Source of the DNA: Anaerolineae bacterium
GTDB lineage: Bacteria; Chloroflexota; Anaerolineae; B4-G1; SLSP01
Direction: 5' to 3'
Length of the DNA stretch: 64,000 bases
Assembly: GCA_049975205.1 (NCBI GenBank)
Contig: JBNGDL010000003.1
Span: forward strand, 66,426 to 130,425
Below, one piece after another: positions 1 to 8,530 of this stretch; positions within the stretch are counted from its first letter, which is position 1, and every line of letters begins with the position of its first letter. The notes below the pieces were generated by a model. The model did not search any database. It had not been told where the DNA came from and saw only the letters and a program-made list of their open reading frames with translations. A program made the position numbers and the translations under genes.

Positions 1-185
1 CTCTCAGACGCGGCGTTGATAAAGAGATCCGGGGGCTGTGATCGATCCGGAAGCCGGGCTTCCGCTCGGGAGCCCACGGCACCCATGGCAAGGACGAGCA
101 GCACGATCGCCACGCCAACCCACTTGAGGCGTGCAACAGGCGAACCGGCTTGTATCCTGCCCTCCTGCCTCGCCTGTGCTTTCAT
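1..185 (-). CDS. Partial CDS: N-terminus of a membrane-anchored protein, start codon at 185-183, runs off the window edge
   Basis: Minus-strand ATG at 185-183, then MKAQARQEGRIQAGSPVARLKWVGVAIVLLVLAMGAVGS..., which contains a hydrophobic TM/signal segment. The frame stays open to position 1. It is absent from the ORF track because the window truncates it. Confidence 0.3.
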   Translation of the reverse strand, partial: MKAQARQEGRIQAGSPVARLKWVGVAIVLLVLAMGAVGSRAEARLPDRSQPPDLFINAASE

Positions 186-279
186 AGGTTTCCCCCCCGA
201 TGCCCGGATGCGCCAGGCCACACATCCTGCTTCCGCCACCCCCAATCCTACGTAGTTCGTGCTGAACGGGCTGTCGGCT

Positions 280-852
280 TCAGGCAAGACCTAGCTCGTC
301 TGCGATGCCCTTCATCGCGTCCAGCACAACGCCGATGTGCTCAGTCAGCGGCACGCCCAACATCTCCGCACCCTCTTCTATGTCCTCGCGCTTTACGCCG
401 GCCGCGAAGCTCTTGTCCTTCCACTTCTTCTTGACCGAGCTGACCTTCACGTCCATGATCGATTTGCTCGGTCGAACCAACGCCACGGCGACGATTAGGC
501 CGGTCAGCTCATCGACAGCGTAGATAGCCTTCTCCATGTTGCTCTCGGGTGTCACACTCGTAAGCTCTGGCGCGTGGGCCTGAACGCCCCGGATGAGTTC
601 CTCAGGGTAGCCCTTCTCTCGTAGGATCTCCGCCCCTTTGAAGGGGTGACCCTCGGGCCCCAGATCTGGGTACTTCTCGTACTCGAAATCGTGGATCAGG
701 CCTACCACACCCCACTTCTCCTCATCCTCGTCGAAGCGACGGGCATAGGCCCGCATGGCAGCCTCCACTCCCAGCGCATGTTTGATCAGGTTGGGGTTGT
801 GAGTGTACTCGTTCAAGAGCTCCCAAGCCTCTTCTCGTGTTGGCCAAGTCAT
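280..852 (-). CDS. HD/HDIG-domain metal-dependent phosphohydrolase
   Basis: 190 aa. Carries the H...HD...D motifs (HALGVEAAMRAY...GLIHDFEYEKYPD) typical of the HD superfamily (COG2316-like). Confidence 0.75.
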   Translation of the reverse strand: MTWPTREEAWELLNEYTHNPNLIKHALGVEAAMRAYARRFDEDEEKWGVVGLIHDFEYEKYPDLGPEGHPFKGAEILREKGYPEELIRGVQAHAPELTSVTPESNMEKAIYAVDELTGLIVAVALVRPSKSIMDVKVSSVKKKWKDKSFAAGVKREDIEEGAEMLGVPLTEHIGVVLDAMKGIADELGLA

Positions 853-985
853 AGGTCTCCTCCTTGATGGCAGAAGCTAGCGCAATGTTTGCCGATGCCG
901 TTGTAAAGCCTCATTCTCAGAGGCATTTCTGTCCTAAGGTTGTATTGTCCTATAGAATTGCCGGCACATCAAATCCAAGTGCGTG

Positions 986-1711
986 CTAGGCGTCGAAGAT
1001 CGGAAGTGGCTCACCTAGAATCGGCTTGGGATGGCCGATATAGAGATCCCACCAGGCCCGCCACAGCGCCGGGATCTCGCGCAGGCGATAGAGGATTAGG
1101 TAATAGCCTCGGTGCTCGTATCGGTTGGCTGCATATCCCACCACATCCAGACCTAGGGCGCTACACGTCTCTATCGCCCGGGGTAGGTGGTATGCCTGGG
1201 TCACCAATGTGGCATGACCCAGCTCGAAGATATCGCGGGCGCGGTAGCAGGTGTCGTAGGTCCGCCGTCCGGCATAGTCCAGCACGATAGCGTCGCGGGG
1301 TATCCCTTGGGCTAGAGCGTACTCCAGCATCTTCTCTGGCTCGTTGTAGTCAGCAATTGGGTTGTCCCCGCTGAATAACAGCTTTTCCACCCGCCCCATC
1401 TCGTAGAGCTCGATTGCGGCATCCAGTCGTTCCCGTAGGATTAGGCTGAGGACGCCATTGGACCAGTAGCCTGCCCCAAAGACGATCGCCACCGGCTCTT
1501 GAGGGATATCGGCGCGCTGATCGCGCGTGTAGATGAGGTGATCGTAACGACCGCGGAGGGTCCAGAGCGTCCAGCCCACCAGAGCAAGGCCAGCGCTCAG
1601 GACAACGACGATGGCGGCGCTACCGTAGAGTGACATACAGGCCTTTCGCTTGCTCCAATGCTTTTTCCTAGCCATAGAGGCCCCATGATAACACATCAGG
1701 GGCGGTGACAA
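986..1711 (-). CDS. DUF218 (YdcF/SanA/ElyC-like) domain membrane protein
   Basis: N-terminal TM helix. The core IVFGAGYWSNG...LLFSGDNP...IVLDYAGRRTYDTC matches the DUF218 fold. Confidence 0.65.
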   Translation of the reverse strand: MSPPLMCYHGASMARKKHWSKRKACMSLYGSAAIVVVLSAGLALVGWTLWTLRGRYDHLIYTRDQRADIPQEPVAIVFGAGYWSNGVLSLILRERLDAAIELYEMGRVEKLLFSGDNPIADYNEPEKMLEYALAQGIPRDAIVLDYAGRRTYDTCYRARDIFELGHATLVTQAYHLPRAIETCSALGLDVVGYAANRYEHRGYYLILYRLREIPALWRAWWDLYIGHPKPILGEPLPIFDA

Positions 1712-1808
1712 GGAGGCGGTCGGGCTCGCGAACGCTCAGGGTTTCTATCAGCCGATGGCGGGCTGGGGCCTCTCTAGGGCATCAGCCAGTCGCACCTGCA
1801 GGCTGCAC

Positions 1809-3245
1809 TCAGTCCATGGGTGCGACAGGACTGGGCGCGCTCGCGCGAGGTAACGCCGCACCGACCGTCTCGACGGTGGCGGCGTCATCTCCCCAGACCA
1901 GCCAGACCTGATCCGTCCAGCGGTAGATAAAGACGGTGCCCTGCCTTCCGGCCCACCATTTGCCCCATGGTAGATCGCTTGGCGCAGTCCTATCTCGAAT
2001 GAAGCCGGACACCAAGGGATCGGGCATAAGGTCGGAGAGCTGTGTGTAGAACTCTCTCGCCGTCGTGGCTTCATCCCAGACTGTCTGCCATACGGCTACG
2101 GTCTCTCCCTCGGCGTTTTCCCAGATTTGGAGCAGGTCGCCATCCCACCCCGCGACAGCGTCCGGCGTGGCCATCCCATTGCTCCATTCCTCAAAGATCA
2201 CGCCCATCAGGGCCTCGCCCACCGTCTCTGTCGCTGTCAGCACAAACCCTCTCTCCAGGGACGGCTCTAAAGGCGACAGCACGCGGGGCTCGTCAGGGTC
2301 GTCGGCATAGCGCTCCGGATGCAGGAGCTGTTCTGTCGACCTGGGAGGACGGAGGATGGCCTCATCCAGTGCACCTATGCCACCGTCCTCGTAGCGAGCT
2401 CTCGTGAAGTCGGCGCCAAGCTCGAGGGAGAGGCAGGAGAGATTCAGCAGCAGGGGATCTCCGACCTGCCATTTCGGGCAGTTGGCATCTGCGACGGTCT
2501 CCTGTATCTCTTGTGCCGCTACGCTGCCCGGTGCCACCCCCATATAGAGCCACAGGGCGAGCAATGCGTCGCCCTCCGCGACGGCCGTCAGCGCAAGCTG
2601 GCGGTCCAGCGACGCCGCCTCGTGGATGAGGTCCGTCAGGTTTCCATATTGGTCCGGCAGGGCCCGCGCATATCCATACGCGAGCTGAGTCTCCAGTGTC
2701 GTTATGGAATCGGTCCAGTCGCGCCGGAGATAGAGCTCCTCGAGTTCTGGCGTGTAATAGGCGGCTGTCCCCTTTGCTTGTGCGACGATGTCTAGGCGCA
2801 GAGGATCCCAGAACCAGAGATGCATGGCTCTGAGCACAGTCTCCATCCGCATCGCCAACGGCGGCCAACTCTCGTGGCGAGCATAGATCGCCTGCGCCAT
2901 CCCGAGATCGTCCACCAGTGTCAAGGGGGTTCCCCAGCGGTTCCGTGTCTCACGAACCTCTGCGACCTCGGAAGCGATGATGCCGGCCCTGGAGATATCA
3001 AAGGCCACAGTCGGTCTGGGCGAGGGCGTGGGCGCCAGATCACTCGTCGCTGAGGGCTGTGGCGAGGGGGTCGAGAGAGGAGAGTCAGCGCTTCCGAAGG
3101 GCGTCGCGACCGGTGAGCGCTCTGGGTCGGTCAGCCCGCTCGATCGGATGCTCCACACGAGCAGACCGACTACAGCGACGACACTGAGCGCCAACGCCAA
3201 CAGGATGAGGCGTTGAATCGCGGTCAGATCTCGATACCAGCGCAC
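1809..3245 (-). CDS. Hypothetical membrane-anchored extracytoplasmic protein with a Pro/Ser/Thr-rich linker
   Basis: 478 aa. One N-terminal TM helix (LILLALALSVVAVVGLLVW), then a PT-rich stretch (STPSPQPSATSDLAPTPSPRPT) and a large globular domain. No recognisable catalytic motif. Overlaps the rph start by 22 nt. Confidence 0.5.
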   Translation of the reverse strand: MRWYRDLTAIQRLILLALALSVVAVVGLLVWSIRSSGLTDPERSPVATPFGSADSPLSTPSPQPSATSDLAPTPSPRPTVAFDISRAGIIASEVAEVRETRNRWGTPLTLVDDLGMAQAIYARHESWPPLAMRMETVLRAMHLWFWDPLRLDIVAQAKGTAAYYTPELEELYLRRDWTDSITTLETQLAYGYARALPDQYGNLTDLIHEAASLDRQLALTAVAEGDALLALWLYMGVAPGSVAAQEIQETVADANCPKWQVGDPLLLNLSCLSLELGADFTRARYEDGGIGALDEAILRPPRSTEQLLHPERYADDPDEPRVLSPLEPSLERGFVLTATETVGEALMGVIFEEWSNGMATPDAVAGWDGDLLQIWENAEGETVAVWQTVWDEATTAREFYTQLSDLMPDPLVSGFIRDRTAPSDLPWGKWWAGRQGTVFIYRWTDQVWLVWGDDAATVETVGAALPRASAPSPVAPMD

Positions 3246-3946
3246 GCCAGTGCCTTTCGCTGAGCGGCGATAACCGTCTCGATCGCGCTTGTAGCCAGAT
3301 CCAGGAGGTGATCCAACTGCTGGCGTGGCAAGGGTTCGCCTTCTGCCGTCCCTTGGACCTCGATGAACTCACTCTGGGCGTTCATCACGACGTTGAGGTC
3401 CGTGTCGGCCCGCATGTCCTCCTCGTAGGCAAGATCGACGAGTGGCATCCCTTTCACCATTCCCAGGCTGATGGCGCCAACGGGTGGAAGTAACACTGCT
3501 GCGGGGACGGTACCGGCGTCGATTAGGGTCCGCATCGCGCTGGCAACAGCAACATAGCCTCCGTTGATGGAGGCGGTGCGGGTTCCCCCGTCGGCCTGGA
3601 TCACGTCGCAGTCTACGATGATGGTGATCTCCCCGAGCAGGTCAAGGCGAACCGCCCGACGGAGGCTACGGCCAATGAGCCGGCGGATCTCCTTCGCGCG
3701 TCCCCCCTCAATATGCGTTCGGGGGGTCCGTGTCCGGGTGGATCTGGGCAGCAGTGCGTATTCCGCCGTCAGCCATCCCTGACCTTGACCCTGGAGCCAC
3801 CGCGGTACGCCGCTCTCGACGGTGACTGCGCAGAGAACCTGCGTCTGTCCCATAGATATCAGCGTCGATCCTTCGGCGTACTGGATCGTTGACAGCTCGA
3901 ATGTGATGGGTCGCAGCTCGGTCGGTGCTCGACCGTCGATACGCAT
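3224..3946 (-). CDS. rph: Ribonuclease PH
   Basis: 240 aa. MRIDGRAPTELRPI... with the RNase PH/PNPase core (ADGGTRTASINGGYVA). Confidence 0.9.
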   Translation of the reverse strand: MRIDGRAPTELRPITFELSTIQYAEGSTLISMGQTQVLCAVTVESGVPRWLQGQGQGWLTAEYALLPRSTRTRTPRTHIEGGRAKEIRRLIGRSLRRAVRLDLLGEITIIVDCDVIQADGGTRTASINGGYVAVASAMRTLIDAGTVPAAVLLPPVGAISLGMVKGMPLVDLAYEEDMRADTDLNVVMNAQSEFIEVQGTAEGEPLPRQQLDHLLDLATSAIETVIAAQRKALACAGIEI

Positions 3947-4080
3947 AACTGACCTCCCCGATCAGGAAAGTGCCGCGGTTGTGCGAGGTCGCCCCGTTTC
4001 GACCGTCGCAGGACGTCAAGGAATCATGGGTCTTGCGTGGTGCCCATTTTAGAGATCCAGGTCGCCTTGTCAAGGCTGTC

Positions 4081-4108
4081 TTGTCGGGAGACCGAGGGCG
4101 GCTATAAT
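4081..4108 (+). promoter_or_regulatory. Candidate sigma70-type promoter: TTGTCG, 16-nt spacer, TATAAT
   Basis: TTGTCG at 4081-4086 and a perfect TATAAT at 4103-4108. The first in-frame ATG of the downstream gene is at 4124, about 8 nt after the predicted TSS, which implies a leaderless or short-leader mRNA. Confidence 0.4.
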
Positions 4109-4123
4109 GCTTTGCATGCTTGG

Positions 4124-5107
4124 ATGGAGATATCGATGACACAACTCTGTGGTAAGGGCATATGGCTGGCCCACTCGTACGATCTGGAGCGCGCTGTCGA
4201 GATGGCCACCCGGATTGCCGGAACCCATCTGCTGGTCAAGGTGGGGCACGGCCCCTACTATTTTCCCGAGACGACTCGTGAGATGCTACAGCGGGTGGGC
4301 ACGCTGGGTCTTTCGGCCCTCGCATGGGTCCATCTGACCTCTAAGGCCCCCGCCGATGCTCGCAAGGCCATTGTTGAGGCCCTAGATCGGGGCTACGAAG
4401 GCGTTGTGCTGTTCCTTCATCCTGGGACGACCTCTGGAGCCCAGGCTAAGGTTCTCGCTGACGCCCTGATCAACGTCGAGATCCCGCGGGCTCGTCTGTT
4501 CCTCGCCTCCCCGCCGCTTCCGTATCTCTCAGAGCGTGCCGCGTTGGAGGCGCTGGTGCCCGTTTGTCAAGGGGGGTGGATGCCCCTCTGCTTTGCTGCT
4601 TGGGGGGGCGATGCCGAGCAGACGATCAATCAAGACGTCTATCATGCCTTGGGCGACCTGAGCCTCCTTTGGGACAAGACGCCCGATGTCTATCCTGTGC
4701 TCTCCCCGCGCTACGGACTCGATGGCGAAGAGATCTTGCCCGAGGCGTTCATCCCATGGATAGAGGGCATAGCCCGTCACGGCGTCGATTTCTTTAGCGT
4801 CTATCACGCCGCTGACGCCGAGAAGGCCTTGTGGCCGATGCTACAAGCTGTGAACGTGGGGTGTCTTGAGACCGACGGTCGAGCGCCGGTCTCGGACGTC
4901 GAGCCCCGGATGGCGAATGGGGTGACCGGCGTGTCACAGCCGGTGTATATCGTGGCGTCGGCGAGTGACACCGTATGGGGTCTTATCTCTCGTCACGGTC
5001 TTAACCGGGAGCAATTCTGGACCTGGAATGCCCATCTGTGGGATAGCCGGGGCTTGCCTCGCGATCCCGATTATCTTCAGGCGGGCTGGCGCATACGCGT
5101 GAAGTGA
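4124..5107 (+). CDS. Hypothetical protein with a C-terminal LysM-like domain, possible cell-wall-binding hydrolase
   Basis: The ORF is open from 4037. I prefer ATG 4124 because of the upstream promoter. The C-terminus (DTVWGLISRHGLNREQFWTWNAHLWDSRGLPRDPDYLQAGWRIRVK) resembles a LysM peptidoglycan-binding motif. The N-terminal domain is unassigned. Confidence 0.5.
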   Translation: MEISMTQLCGKGIWLAHSYDLERAVEMATRIAGTHLLVKVGHGPYYFPETTREMLQRVGTLGLSALAWVHLTSKAPADARKAIVEALDRGYEGVVLFLHPGTTSGAQAKVLADALINVEIPRARLFLASPPLPYLSERAALEALVPVCQGGWMPLCFAAWGGDAEQTINQDVYHALGDLSLLWDKTPDVYPVLSPRYGLDGEEILPEAFIPWIEGIARHGVDFFSVYHAADAEKALWPMLQAVNVGCLETDGRAPVSDVEPRMANGVTGVSQPVYIVASASDTVWGLISRHGLNREQFWTWNAHLWDSRGLPRDPDYLQAGWRIRVK

Positions 5108-5193
5108 CCAGTCCTGCGGAGCGAAGGGGGCCGGGCCGGCTGATGCTAGCCTGGCGAAATCTAGGATAAAGCGCGTCATCTGAGGCAAAAACG

Positions 5194-5221
5194 TTGCGCT
5201 TCTGCTCTTCTATGCTATAAT
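5194..5221 (+). promoter_or_regulatory. Candidate sigma70 promoter for rplS: TTGCGC, 16-nt spacer, TATAAT
   Basis: TTGCGC at 5194-5199 and a consensus TATAAT at 5216-5221, about 65 nt upstream of the rplS ATG. The RBS GGAGAGG sits 9 nt before the start codon. Confidence 0.45.
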
Positions 5222-5285
5222 AATCATCCGCCGCCACGTGATGGCGGCTTCATTATGGAAATGTTGCGTGGAGAGGATAAGTAAA

Positions 5286-5639
5286 ATGAACCTGGTCGAA
5301 TCACTAGAGCGCCAGATGGTTAAACCTAGCGAGGACGTGCCCGAGATCCAGGTCGGGGATACGGTTCGCGTTCACGTTCGAATTGTCGAGGGCGAGCGCG
5401 AGCGCGTTCAGCCCTTCCAGGGCACTGTGATCCGCACGCGCCGAGGCGGCGTTAATGCGAGTTTCACCGTCCGCCGTATTGCATCCCATGGCATTGGAGT
5501 TGAGCGCACCTTCTTGCTGCACTCCCCGCGGGTTGAGCGGGTGGAGACACTCCGCCGTGCCAAAGTCCGCCGGGCCAAACTCTACTTCCTTCGCGAGCGC
5601 CGTGGTCGCTCGGCTCGACTCAAGGAGCGCCGCGACTAG
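5286..5639 (+). CDS. rplS: 50S ribosomal protein L19
   Basis: [10 protein letters not shown]...[27 protein letters not shown]...[11 protein letters not shown] is a canonical L19. ATG 5286 with an RBS is preferred over GTG 5238. Confidence 0.9.
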   Translation: MNLVESLERQMVKPSEDVPEIQVGDTVRVHVRIVEGERERVQPFQGTVIRTRRGGVNASFTVRRIASHGIGVERTFLLHSPRVERVETLRRAKVRRAKLYFLRERRGRSARLKERRD

Positions 5640-6393
5640 GAGCGGATCGCTGGTCGAACAACGCAGGCCTCTGATTGGAATTACCGGGCGGAAGGATACC
5701 TCCGCCCGGTTGCTTAATGCCCCAATGCACTCCGTTGGAGTCACCTACACTCGCGCCGTGCACCTTGCCGGCGGGACTCCTGTGATTGTCCCTCCACTTA
5801 CTCGGGACGTGGACTGGCCCCCCTTGCTCGAGCAGCTGGATGGCCTTTTGTTGAGTGGGGGCGAGGACATTGCACCTGCGTACTACGGTCAGGAGACGGA
5901 GCCCTGGACGGGGCGGGTGGACGAGGAGCGCGACCAGTCGGAGATTGGGCTGGTGCGTATTTGGTTGGCTACGGGGAAGCCCTTGCTGGCGATTTGCCGT
6001 GGGCACCAAGTGCTCAACGTGGCGTTAGGGGGCTCGCTGATTCAGGATATTATGGCCCAGGTGCCCAATGCTCTCGATCACGCCACCGTGCCGGGGCGTC
6101 CGATGGAGCAGGTCGTGCACACTGTCGAGATCGAGCTCGGAAGCCGCTTGAGTGAGATCCTAGGGGATACTGAGCTTGCGGTCAACAGCGCGCACCATCA
6201 GGCTGTAGCGCTGCCAGGAAAGGGGCTTTCCCCGATTGCGCACGCTCCCGACGGCGTGCTTGAGGCGACGGAACTTCCTAACCATCCGTTCTGTGTCACG
6301 GTCCAGTGGCATCCGGAGGCTATGCTCCGGACTTCCAGGACGATGTTGCCGCTCTTTACGGCCTTCGTGGTTGCTGCGGTAAAGAGGCTCTAG
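5602..6393 (+). CDS. Gamma-glutamyl-GABA hydrolase-like class I glutamine amidotransferase (peptidase C26 family)
   Basis: Conserved N-terminal strand PLIGITG. Catalytic triad context [17 protein letters not shown]...HHQAV...VQWHPE (Cys-His-Glu). The start is uncertain: ORF-track 5455 would overlap rplS by 185 nt. In-frame GTG 5602 or ATG 5722 are the alternatives. Confidence 0.7.
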   Translation: MVARLDSRSAATRSGSLVEQRRPLIGITGRKDTSARLLNAPMHSVGVTYTRAVHLAGGTPVIVPPLTRDVDWPPLLEQLDGLLLSGGEDIAPAYYGQETEPWTGRVDEERDQSEIGLVRIWLATGKPLLAICRGHQVLNVALGGSLIQDIMAQVPNALDHATVPGRPMEQVVHTVEIELGSRLSEILGDTELAVNSAHHQAVALPGKGLSPIAHAPDGVLEATELPNHPFCVTVQWHPEAMLRTSRTMLPLFTAFVVAAVKRL

Positions 6394-6566
6394 GTCAGCT
6401 CAAGAGCAGGACTGAACCGAAGGCTTCGCCCCCATTCTCTCACGAGCTACCATAGACTGACGGCGGGAAGTTCACCCCGCCGTCAGTATCGTAAGATTTC
6501 GGTCCGACTCTCATCAGATCAGGTCGGGTCGCTTCGTTCGCAGAAACCTGCGCTGGTCGGTCGAGA

Positions 6567-6821
6567 CTACGCTGTTTCGGTGGAAGGTTTCCCTTCCTGG
6601 AGTGTGATAGGCCGCCCCTGCTTGAAAGTCTCCAGCTGTTCCTCCAGCTCGTGACGTCGTGACTCTGCCGCTGTCTTTCCTTCCTGGACGAGCTCCTGCA
6701 CGCCTTCGCGAATCCGTACCTGTAACTCTGAACCCGGCTCCGGTGCGAAGAGCAGTGAGAGCATGCCCCCGGTCCAAATCCCAGCCAAGAACCCGGCGAG
6801 GAATACGAAGAACTTGCGCAT
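6567..6821 (-). CDS. Small membrane protein (YtxH/DUF948-like)
   Basis: 84 aa. N-terminal TM helix (FFVFLAGFLAGIWTGGMLSLLF), then a charged coiled region. Confidence 0.45.
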   Translation of the reverse strand: MRKFFVFLAGFLAGIWTGGMLSLLFAPEPGSELQVRIREGVQELVQEGKTAAESRRHELEEQLETFKQGRPITLQEGKPSTETA

Positions 6822-6941
6822 TCTACACCTCCCATATCTCAGACGACATGTCCTTATTATAGGCTAGGACCTCCACGATGCAATGATGTGAAGGCCCGAA
6901 CGCAGGGTGAGGCAGGCCCCGAGCCGGATCGATACCTGCAG

Positions 6942-7910
6942 CTATGGCGTGGGGCTCGGCGAGACGGTTAGGGTCGGAGTCAGCGTGGTTGTAGCTGTCA
7001 GGGTGGTGGTCACCTCCGGCGTCACAATCAGCGATCCCTCCGGTGTGCTCGTCGCCATCGTCTCGGGAAGCGCCAGCACGACCAGAGAACGTGATACCCA
7101 TCCCGTACCCTCCGTCGGAGGACAGGGTTCGACCTGGACGACGAAAACTGGGGGACCGCTGGGCGCGTCGATGTAGAGGTTGTAGGACAGCCCTGGCTTC
7201 ACGGCGAAATCCACGTACCCCAGGCCCTCCTCAGGTCGAAGGCCTGTGATCGCGCGGTCGGCGCCCTCCTCCCAGATCAACCAGACCTCTCGCATAGGTA
7301 GCCCCACGCGCTCCTCGCGCTCCCGACCTCGCTGGGTTACCGTGCGTGAGATCTCAAGCGATAGCGCAATCGAGGGAGATGTGTCGCAGTGGAGTGTCTG
7401 GGTGATGATTCGGAAAGGCGCGGTCTCGGTGATCACGGGTGTTGGTGTGATCACGGGCGGAGCTGTCGGGGAGGGGGTAGGCGTGAGCGTGGGGAGGACG
7501 CGGAGCGTCGCCGTCGACGTTGGCTGCGTGACGTCCGATTCGGCTGTGAGCGATTGACCCGTGTACACGGCCACGGCAGGCCCTGAGGCTCCGTACGCAG
7601 CAGCTAGCTCTGCCAGTCTCTGCAAGACCTCGACAGGACGCCCCTGAGCCGCAGCCTGTTCCAGTGCTCCTGCCGCGCCGGAGGCTACCTCTGCTCGGGG
7701 CAAGTTGAGCAACCGGGTCTCGGTCCGTTCCCAGTTCCCGTCGAGGCCATAGGCCCATGCTGTCATGTGAATCCAGTCCTGCCGGTAACGGTGCTCTAGG
7801 AGCGGAGGATAGGTGTCATAGTAGCTCACGGGGGCAACAAACCAGGTGTAGATCAGGCCCCCCATCAAACCCAACACCAGGCCGATCGCGAAGACGCCGC
7901 CGACTTTCAT
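6942..7910 (-). CDS. Hypothetical membrane-anchored protein with a Thr/Pro-rich linker
   Basis: 322 aa. N-terminal TM helix, a TPTPSPTAPPVITPTPVIT linker, and a C-terminal T-rich tail. A 4-nt ATGA-type overlap with the upstream gene (7907-7910) suggests translational coupling. Confidence 0.5.
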   Translation of the reverse strand: MKVGGVFAIGLVLGLMGGLIYTWFVAPVSYYDTYPPLLEHRYRQDWIHMTAWAYGLDGNWERTETRLLNLPRAEVASGAAGALEQAAAQGRPVEVLQRLAELAAAYGASGPAVAVYTGQSLTAESDVTQPTSTATLRVLPTLTPTPSPTAPPVITPTPVITETAPFRIITQTLHCDTSPSIALSLEISRTVTQRGREREERVGLPMREVWLIWEEGADRAITGLRPEEGLGYVDFAVKPGLSYNLYIDAPSGPPVFVVQVEPCPPTEGTGWVSRSLVVLALPETMATSTPEGSLIVTPEVTTTLTATTTLTPTLTVSPSPTP

Positions 7911-8272
7911 CCTTCGGCCCCAAGGTAGGCAACCATAGCCGGCGTGTCGACCTCAAAGGCTCGGGCAAGCTCGACCAACGGCGCGATCAGTTCGCGATTT
8001 CGTCTCTCGGCGATCCACGTCTCCGTCAGCACGACCAGCGGTTCGGTATAGGGATCCGTCTGCAGAGCGCGGAGGCGCCGTGCTGCCAGCTCGAGATCGC
8101 CCTCAGCCCGATAGGTCAAGGCTACCAGCCGTACGTACTCAGCCTGATAGTCGTCGCGCATGGATGCGGGCGTCACCTCCTGGCGCGCCATCGGGAAGAG
8201 GTTCCAGCCGATCAACATCGCCAGTCCAATGCCCGCGGCAATCCCAAACAGAAAACCGACCAATCTCTTCAT
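7907..8272 (-). CDS. Small membrane protein, first gene of a two-gene pair
   Basis: 121 aa with an N-terminal TM helix (LVGFLFGIAAGIGLAMLIGW). Coupled to the downstream anchored protein. Confidence 0.45.
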   Translation of the reverse strand: MKRLVGFLFGIAAGIGLAMLIGWNLFPMARQEVTPASMRDDYQAEYVRLVALTYRAEGDLELAARRLRALQTDPYTEPLVVLTETWIAERRNRELIAPLVELARAFEVDTPAMVAYLGAEG

Positions 8273-8530
8273 AAGGCGTGATCATACATCGGAAGCAACA
8301 AAGGGGCAATACAACTGTTCTATTGACACCGCACTGGGCGCTGCGTATAATTGAAGAAACTGAGGTTGTGAGCCTCTCAGAACCGGGTAAACAGAGCAGG
8401 CCGCGCCGGGTGCGGGCCGCTAAGTCAGTCGGAGTAACCGACTACCCTTTAGTTCTGGGAGGCTTTCCTTTGGGTCGCCTTGGTCTCCGTGAGCTCTCTG
8501 GTCGCCTGAGACTGGCTCTGCGGGAGCCGT

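Noticed and set aside
16-434. Small + strand ORFs at the window start (16-255, 150-434)
   Set aside because: No RBS or domain features. They overlap a more plausible minus-strand partial gene and the HD-domain gene region.
5455-5601. N-terminal 49 codons of the C26-peptidase ORF overlapping rplS by about 185 nt
   Set aside because: An overlap of that size with a ribosomal protein gene is implausible. The conserved family N-terminus (PLIGITG) begins after the rplS stop, so an internal GTG or ATG start is likelier.
5684-5712. Hairpin CCGGGCGGAAGGATACCTCCGCCCGG followed by TTGCTT, 45 nt after the rplS stop, a possible rplS terminator
   Set aside because: It lies within the conserved N-terminal coding region ([11 protein letters not shown]) of the downstream gene and has no real U-tract. 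It could still act as an attenuator. I could not decide from sequence alone.
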